This document shows, in pieces, positions 58,280-64,000 of a stretch of DNA of 64,000 nt. A program made the translations under genes and the position numbers. Source of the stretch: an uncultured Pseudomonadota bacterium (GTDB lineage: Bacteria > Pseudomonadota > Alphaproteobacteria > Rs-D84); assembly GCA_949298405.1 (NCBI GenBank), contig CASFWA010000001.1, positions 231 to 64,230 on the forward strand, written 5' to 3'. Under the pieces are notes generated by a model. That model had not been told where the DNA came from. It did not search any database and saw only the letters and a program-made list of their open reading frames with translations. The first letter of the stretch is position 1. Each line of letters begins with the position of its first letter.

Positions 58280-59142
58280 TAAATGTCGGTGTTATCGGTG
58301 CAGGCGCGTGGGGTACGGCCTTGTCAATCATCTCTGCAAAAGGTGGAGCAAATGTAATATTGTGGTCTTATGATGGTGAAAGCAAAACATTTGACGATGT
58401 AGAAATCCCAAATAATATAAAAATAACTTCTGATATGGAACAATTAAGAAATTGTGATGCTTGGTTAATTGTCACACCTGCTGCATATTTCAGAGAAACT
58501 GTCCGCAAAGCACGCGACTTCTATAATAACCAATCAATTATAATTTGTACAAAAGGTGCGGAAAGTTCAACTGGTGATTTTATGTCAGAAATCATAAAAA
58601 AAGAACTACCAGATGCAAAAGAATTTGGCGTTTTATCTGGCCCACAATTTGCCGCAGAAGTCGCACGTGGTGTGCCGACTGGTTCTACACTTGCAGGTAC
58701 ACCAAAAGCACTTGAAGTAGGTAAAGAAATATTGAATCAATTGTATTTAAATGAAAGTGATGACATTATCGGCGCTGAAATGTGTGGTGTTGGCAAGAAT
58801 GCGGTTGCTTTAATATGTGGATATAATTCAATTGCATCAAAAGGTGAAAATGAACGCGCGATGATATTTACCCGTGCTTGGAACGAGGTTATGCACCTAG
58901 GTTTAGCAAATGGAGCAAAAATGGCAACTTTCTTAGATTTGTGCGGGATAGGGGACTTGTTCTTATCCGCGACATCTGCAACAAGTAGGAACTTTGCGGG
59001 CGGTATGTCCATAGCAAAAGGAGAAAAACCCGCAGGTACCGTTGAAGGCATATTTGCATTACATGGTCTAATTCATAGAGCTGAAAAAGCAGGAATTGAA
59101 ACCCCAATTTTAAAAGAAATGCTTAAAAATTTAAATATATAA
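58276..59142 (+). CDS. gpsA: NAD(P)H-dependent glycerol-3-phosphate dehydrogenase (short form)
   Basis: N-terminal Rossmann motif GVIGAGAWGTALS and conserved catalytic region (CTKGAE, NxxG). Confidence 0.75.
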   Translation: MINVGVIGAGAWGTALSIISAKGGANVILWSYDGESKTFDDVEIPNNIKITSDMEQLRNCDAWLIVTPAAYFRETVRKARDFYNNQSIIICTKGAESSTGDFMSEIIKKELPDAKEFGVLSGPQFAAEVARGVPTGSTLAGTPKALEVGKEILNQLYLNESDDIIGAEMCGVGKNAVALICGYNSIASKGENERAMIFTRAWNEVMHLGLANGAKMATFLDLCGIGDLFLSATSATSRNFAGGMSIAKGEKPAGTVEGIFALHGLIHRAEKAGIETPILKEMLKNLNI

Positions 59143-59143
59143 T

Positions 59144-59168
59144 CTAGCCGGTAAATACCGGCTATTTC
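59144..59168 (+). terminator. Hairpin AGCCGGTAAATACCGGCT after gpsA
   Basis: Same CCGGTAAATACCGG palindrome as at 53203; weak T-run. Confidence 0.5.
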
Positions 59169-59197
59169 TTAGAATGCAAATAATTTTACAAACAATA

Positions 59198-59226
59198 AAA
59201 AAGCCGGCATTTACCGGCTTTTTTTG
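59198..59226 (-). terminator. Terminator hairpin AAGCCGGCATTTACCGGCTT + U-run (minus transcript) after the permease gene
   Basis: Palindrome with a T-run 3' of the minus-strand stop at 59227. Confidence 0.6.
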
Positions 59227-60444
59227 TTATTCATGTCTTAAACTATCTATTGGGTTCAGTTTTGCTGCCTTTCTTGCAGGAACAACCCCAGATGCAAGTC
59301 CTACAACAACCGCAACACCAACAGATACAACTACTGGCCATGCGCTAAACGGAACTTCATAGCCTAAAACAAAGCGTCCTATTCCTTGTGATAACCCAAC
59401 ACCGATTAACATTCCACAAAAAGACCCCATAAATGAAATCAATATAGATTCTGATAAGAACTGAATAATAATATGCTTTTCTCTGGCACCAATAGCCTTT
59501 CTAATTCCGATTTCATGCGTTCTTTCTGCAACCGATACTAACATCATATTCATAATACCAATAGAACCAACTAACAAAGATACTGCTGCAATTGCTATTA
59601 ATAGCATTGTCATATAACCCGTCACAGTATCCATTGCTTCCATAACCTGCTTCATATCCATAATCTGAAAATCATCTTCTTCATCATCTGTTAAATTATG
59701 TCTGTCGCGCAATAAAGCAGTCATTTGTTCTATCGCCAAATTATTATCTGCGTCTGGATATAATTTCAGCGTTATCATGTTAACTGAATTTGGAAAACGG
59801 CTTCCTTGCAGACGCTTTTTCAACGTAGTAATGGGGATTATAACCATATCATCTTGGCTTCCCATAGCAGAATCCCCACGTTCTTTTGTGACACCAATTA
59901 TCACAAATGGCATATTCTGTATGCGAATGGTTTCACCAACAGGATTTTCTGGCATCTGTAATTCTTCCGCTGTCTGAGGCCCAATAACCGCATAAGTGGA
60001 CCCGTTCCTAACAGCAGACTGGTCAAAAAACATACCATATTTCATTTCTAAATTCTGAACTGTTGCATAACCAGGATATACACCAACCATAGATGATGCC
60101 CAGTTCTGATTTCCATAAATAACCTGCGCTGCCGCATTTTGTACAGGACTTACCGCCATAACATCGGGCAGTTTAGCAATAAATTCTGCGTCCTCGGTTG
60201 TTAGCGTATGTCTGTTTCCAGTTCTTACACCCGCACTCTGCGCTGCACCTGCACGTATCATTATTGTATTTGTACCAAGCGATGAAAACTGGTCGCTTAT
60301 CTGCTTTGATACGGTTTCCCCAACTGCAACCATTATCACAACCGCCATAACCCCAATTACAATACCTAATACGGTTAAAAAAGAACGTATCTTATTACCA
60401 CTAATGGATAACCAAGATTCTTTCAAAATATCATTAAATGTCAT
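59227..60444 (-). CDS. macB: ABC transporter permease, MacB/FtsX family
   Basis: N-terminal TM, large periplasmic domain and C-terminal FtsX-type 3-TM bundle; 405 aa. Confidence 0.75.
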   Translation of the reverse strand: MTFNDILKESWLSISGNKIRSFLTVLGIVIGVMAVVIMVAVGETVSKQISDQFSSLGTNTIMIRAGAAQSAGVRTGNRHTLTTEDAEFIAKLPDVMAVSPVQNAAAQVIYGNQNWASSMVGVYPGYATVQNLEMKYGMFFDQSAVRNGSTYAVIGPQTAEELQMPENPVGETIRIQNMPFVIIGVTKERGDSAMGSQDDMVIIPITTLKKRLQGSRFPNSVNMITLKLYPDADNNLAIEQMTALLRDRHNLTDDEEDDFQIMDMKQVMEAMDTVTGYMTMLLIAIAAVSLLVGSIGIMNMMLVSVAERTHEIGIRKAIGAREKHIIIQFLSESILISFMGSFCGMLIGVGLSQGIGRFVLGYEVPFSAWPVVVSVGVAVVVGLASGVVPARKAAKLNPIDSLRHE

Positions 60445-60463
60445 ATTTTCTCTCGCTTATTTA

Positions 60464-61204
60464 TTATTTCTGTAAAACTTTTTCATCTTTCGGAACTTTT
60501 CCATCATAAGTTATCCGACCATCATAAATATGAATTAAACGATTTGAATATTGCGCAATTTCAAATTCATGGGTAATCATCACAATAGTTATCCCCATTT
60601 CTTCATTTAATTTCTTAAAGAAACTAAGTATCTCGTTACCCATTTTACTATCCAATGCACCGGTAGGTTCGTCAGCAAGTATCAACTTTGGGTCACCTGC
60701 CAAAGCACGCGCAATCGCAACACGTTGTTTCATACCACCCGATAATTGCGTTGGTAAATACGATTCAAAATTTTCTAGTCCTACACGTTTTAACATCTCG
60801 CGCGCACGTCTAATTCTTTCTTCCATCGGAAGCCCACGATACATTAATGGCAACATTACATTGTCCAGAACACTGCGTTTCGACAATAAATTAAACTGCT
60901 GGAAAACAAATCCTATATATTCATTACGAACAACTGCCAATTCATCAGGTGACAAATGGGTGACATCCCTGCCGTACAGTTTATATGTACCACTTGTCGG
61001 CGTATCCAGCGCACCAATAATATTCATACATGTTGACTTTCCACTACCAGAAGGTCCCATAATAGAAACAAATTCACCCTGGTTTACATCAAATGTTATA
61101 TCAAACAAAACCTGCTGTTCTCCCCCCATTTCAACAGGGAAACTTTTACAGATTTTGTCCATTGAAATTATATTTACTTGTTCTTTTTGCTTTTTCATAT
61201 GCAT
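60464..61204 (-). CDS. ABC transporter ATP-binding protein (MacB/LolD-type)
   Basis: Walker A GPSGSGKST, signature LSGGMKQRVAIARAL, Walker B ILADEPTGALD. Confidence 0.9.
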   Translation of the reverse strand: MHMKKQKEQVNIISMDKICKSFPVEMGGEQQVLFDITFDVNQGEFVSIMGPSGSGKSTCMNIIGALDTPTSGTYKLYGRDVTHLSPDELAVVRNEYIGFVFQQFNLLSKRSVLDNVMLPLMYRGLPMEERIRRAREMLKRVGLENFESYLPTQLSGGMKQRVAIARALAGDPKLILADEPTGALDSKMGNEILSFFKKLNEEMGITIVMITHEFEIAQYSNRLIHIYDGRITYDGKVPKDEKVLQK

Positions 61205-61261
61205 TCTCTCTTTACGACAGAATTATATCATCTGATATTAAAATTTTTATAAAAAATATAA

Positions 61262-61292
61262 AAAAAAGACCAGCCTTTTACTGGTCTTTTTT
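61262..61292. terminator. Hairpin GACCAG-N7-CTGGTC flanked by A8/T8 runs between the adaptor and ATPase genes (internal attenuator or bidirectional terminator)
   Basis: 6-bp stem with long flanking homopolymer runs, inside a putative efflux operon. Confidence 0.45.
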
Positions 61293-61304
61293 TGTTCAAC
61301 TATC

Positions 61305-62492
61305 TTACATTCTTGGTCCACCGCCCATACGCATAGAAGAAGACGACGAAGAAGTCTGACCATAACGACCGATTATTATTCTGTCACCTTCTTGTATATC
61401 GTCAGAAATAATTTCTGTTTCGGTTGCTGTGACAAGACCTTTTTCATACGGTACAAGAACTACAGTTGGGGTACCACCGACATTTCTTTGAATTGCCAAA
61501 TGGGTCTTTGTTGTCGCATCACCCGCATCTGCAACAATTCCATCAAAACTACGCAATAATAATGAAGAATTCTGAACTTTCCATACATCCTTTTTTTCTG
61601 ATATCAATATCGTCACAAAAGCGGTCATACCTGGTTTCAACCGCAAATCACTGTTATCAACATCAATTACAACTGTGTAAACAACAACGTTTGATGTTAC
61701 TGTCGGTGATAGACGTATTTGACGAACATTCCCTTCAAATGTTTGAGTAGGGTAGGCGTCAACAGTAAAAGTTACAGTCTGACCTTCTTCTATCATTCCA
61801 ATATCTGCTTCGGATACAGCAGTTTCAATTTGCATTTTTGATAAATCTTCTGCAATTGCGAACAAATCAGGTGTCTGGAACGATGCAGCAACAGTCTGAC
61901 CTACGTCAACCTGACGTGAAATAACAGTCCCGTCAACAGGCGATGTTATGGTCGCATAACCTAAATTAGTCACCGCACGATCATACTGAGATTTCATTTT
62001 ATTAACATTCTGTTCTGCTTGTTCGTACGTTGTCTGAGATTGTTCTAGTTCCGCACGTGCAATAAAACCATCTTCGTATAAAATCTTATTACGTTCATAT
62101 TCACTTTTTGCATAGTCACGTTGAGATTCTGAACTAACCAAAGATGCTTTTGCTTCATCTACAGAAGCCTGCAAAACAGAAGGTTCTATTTTTAATAAAA
62201 CATCACCTTTCTTTACCTTGGAGTTATAATCTACAAATATTTCTTCAATTGTACCACTAACCTGAGAACCAACATTAATAGTATTTAACGGTTGAATTTC
62301 ACCCGTAGCAGTCACAACTTGGCGCAAGTCACCACGTGATATTGTGGCCGTTGCAAAACCCGTTGCTTTATTATCTGTACTACCTGTAAAGAAGTATAAA
62401 AACGCCCCCGCAACAATCAGGAATAAAATCAACCACCATTTACGACGCTTTACCCAACCCCAGATTTTCTTAATTCTTGATTCTTTATTCAT
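61305..62492 (-). CDS. macA: Periplasmic adaptor (membrane fusion) protein, HlyD/MacA family
   Basis: N-terminal TM anchor, coiled-coil hairpin and lipoyl/beta-barrel domains; 8-nt overlap with the upstream tolC-like gene. Confidence 0.8.
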   Translation of the reverse strand: MNKESRIKKIWGWVKRRKWWLILFLIVAGAFLYFFTGSTDNKATGFATATISRGDLRQVVTATGEIQPLNTINVGSQVSGTIEEIFVDYNSKVKKGDVLLKIEPSVLQASVDEAKASLVSSESQRDYAKSEYERNKILYEDGFIARAELEQSQTTYEQAEQNVNKMKSQYDRAVTNLGYATITSPVDGTVISRQVDVGQTVAASFQTPDLFAIAEDLSKMQIETAVSEADIGMIEEGQTVTFTVDAYPTQTFEGNVRQIRLSPTVTSNVVVYTVVIDVDNSDLRLKPGMTAFVTILISEKKDVWKVQNSSLLLRSFDGIVADAGDATTKTHLAIQRNVGGTPTVVLVPYEKGLVTATETEIISDDIQEGDRIIIGRYGQTSSSSSSMRMGGGPRM

Positions 62493-63810
62493 TTTCCTCT
62501 TCCTCCATCAAACCGTCTTTAATGTCCCCAATTGCTAACGCAAGCGCCGCACGTTTTGTAAACAAATCATACTTCGCCGCATTATTTTGCTTGTGCGCAT
62601 CTGCTAAATCTGCCAATGCAGTCTGCCAATCAAGCATTGTTGCTTTACCTACCTTATACATACCAGCCGTCACATTTTCAGTTTCTTTGGCTGATGCTAA
62701 TAAAGTTTCAGTCTGTTTAAGAACCGTCTGTGCTGTTTTGTAGTTCTGATATGCAGTAAATACATCCAATACCGCCGCATCTTTTGTTGCACGTTCTTGT
62801 TCTTTTGCACGTTCATAATTTGCCTGTGCGGAACGAACATTATACATATTAGCAAAACCAGCAAATATCGGCATAGATGCACGAATACCTATACTGCCGC
62901 TGATATTATCTTGCCCAGAATTATAAACTTCACTAGGCGTATTATTCCAAGATAAACTGCCAGACGCAGAAATACTTGGTAAATTACTTAAAAATGCACT
63001 GTTTCTGCGATGCCAGGCCGCATCTTTATTTGCAGATGCACGTAGCAGGTCAGGGCGCTTTTCTTCGGCTAGCGCAATAAGTTCATCAATATTCTTATTC
63101 TCTGATTCATTGCCAAATTCTGCGGGCATATCCGCAATTTCAATATTCTGGTTTGCAGAAAAAGACAACTTAGATAACAAAGTACCTTTTGCTATTTCAC
63201 GATTATTTTTCGCACGTTCTAAATCTAAAACACGACTTGCAAGCGTTGTATCGGCTTTTAATACATCCGCCTTTGCAACTGCGCCAGCCTTGTATTTCTT
63301 ATCAGCGGTATCCTTTGCAGTCTGTGCAACCACACGCAATGATTCTGCAGTAAACACATCTGCATCCGCATTTAACAGCGCATAATATGCACCAATAATA
63401 CCGTATACATAGTTCTGAACAGACTCGCTATAATCAAAACCTGTCGCACGCCATGTTGAAATTAACTGATTCACATCTGATAATCTTTTACCAAAATCAA
63501 ATATCAAATATGACGCAGAAATAGACGCACTATATGACCAATCAGACCATTCCTTGTTTCTATACGGTAAACTAGCAGAACCAGACGCACTTACACTTGG
63601 TAAATATTGCGCATAACCTGCATTTTTACTGAACCTTGCAGATTCCAAAGACAAATATGCAGATGCAGTTTCTGGATTTCTGCAAAGCCCAAGTTCTATA
63701 ACCTCTTGCAGTGTCAATTTACCTTCTGGGACAGTATTGATAGACATACAATCTTGTGCCGCCCATAACTGTGTCGGCAGCAAGCACAATAAAATCCATA
63801 TTTTTTTCAT
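62485..63810 (-). CDS. tolC: TolC-family outer membrane efflux protein
   Basis: Signal peptide (MKKIWILLCLLPTQLWA) and two-repeat alpha/beta architecture typical of TolC/OprM; 441 aa. Confidence 0.75.
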   Translation of the reverse strand: MKKIWILLCLLPTQLWAAQDCMSINTVPEGKLTLQEVIELGLCRNPETASAYLSLESARFSKNAGYAQYLPSVSASGSASLPYRNKEWSDWSYSASISASYLIFDFGKRLSDVNQLISTWRATGFDYSESVQNYVYGIIGAYYALLNADADVFTAESLRVVAQTAKDTADKKYKAGAVAKADVLKADTTLASRVLDLERAKNNREIAKGTLLSKLSFSANQNIEIADMPAEFGNESENKNIDELIALAEEKRPDLLRASANKDAAWHRRNSAFLSNLPSISASGSLSWNNTPSEVYNSGQDNISGSIGIRASMPIFAGFANMYNVRSAQANYERAKEQERATKDAAVLDVFTAYQNYKTAQTVLKQTETLLASAKETENVTAGMYKVGKATMLDWQTALADLADAHKQNNAAKYDLFTKRAALALAIGDIKDGLMEEEENE

Positions 63811-63908
63811 ATAAACTCTCTCTTACCCCTAAATTATATCATCTATAATATAATTTTTCTGTTGAATTACAATTTTTTTTTGCGTAGTATAGTTACACAT
63901 GACTTAAA

Positions 63909-63982
63909 GGCCTGGTGGCAGAGTGGTTATGCAGAGGACTGCAAATCCTTGTATGCCGGTTCGATTCCGACCCAGGCCTCCA
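63909..63982 (+). tRNA. tRNA-Cys (anticodon GCA)
   Basis: Cloverleaf: acceptor GGCCTGG/CCAGGCC, anticodon loop CTGCAAA, T-loop TTCGATT and encoded CCA; one mismatch in the T-stem. Confidence 0.75.
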
Positions 63983-64000
63983 AAATTTCTTCTGATGATT

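Noticed and set aside
1-64000. Search for CRISPR arrays, IS elements/transposases, integrases and rRNA genes
   Set aside because: No regularly spaced direct repeats, no transposase or integrase-like ORFs and no rRNA-like sequence were seen in either strand.

Overview
This is an AT-rich bacterial chromosomal window of about 64 kb. Most of it is a conserved, densely packed housekeeping backbone, and the gene content and order suggest a reduced alphaproteobacterium or symbiont-like organism.

Backbone genes (all assigned from motifs and gene order in the translated ORFs, not from database searches):
- Replication, repair and partitioning: dnaX, mutS, xseB, a UDG-like gene, parAB and rsmG.
- Translation and RNA metabolism: nusA-infB, ybaB, the pnp-rpsO-truB cluster, infC, rluD, rsmE, rsuA-like, rlmN and der.
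- Envelope and lipid metabolism: skp-lpxD-fabZ, yfgM-bamB-der, lptFG-lptD-surA-rlmN, pal, gpsA and a macA/macB/tolC-like tripartite efflux operon.
- Regulation and RNA genes: rpoH and two tRNAs (Val-TAC, Cys-GCA).

Accessory or unusual content stands out against this backbone:
- 444-10933: an island of exported cysteine-rich proteins next to a porin-like outer membrane protein and an AT-rich BspA-type leucine-rich-repeat gene. Two of the proteins share a 6-Cys module, duplicated in tandem in the 1052-aa protein.
- 11010-16868: a six-gene minus-strand operon with three paralogous giant (400-451 aa) proteins carrying type IV prepilin-like leaders (G|xxxxE). They are translationally coupled to a Zn-ribbon membrane protein, a small secreted protein and rluD. 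A separate small pilin-like gene lies directly after dnaX. This is the best candidate for an undescribed pilus or pseudopilus-like system.
- 22494-24701: an orphan VirD4/TraG-type coupling ATPase.
- 47441-48449: a tandem paralog pair of unknown function between truB and mutS.
- 55093-56043: an HExxH-containing N/K-rich gene between parA and rsmG, flanked by a repeated 13-mer ATTTCACATGAAA.

No CRISPR array, transposase or rRNA was seen.
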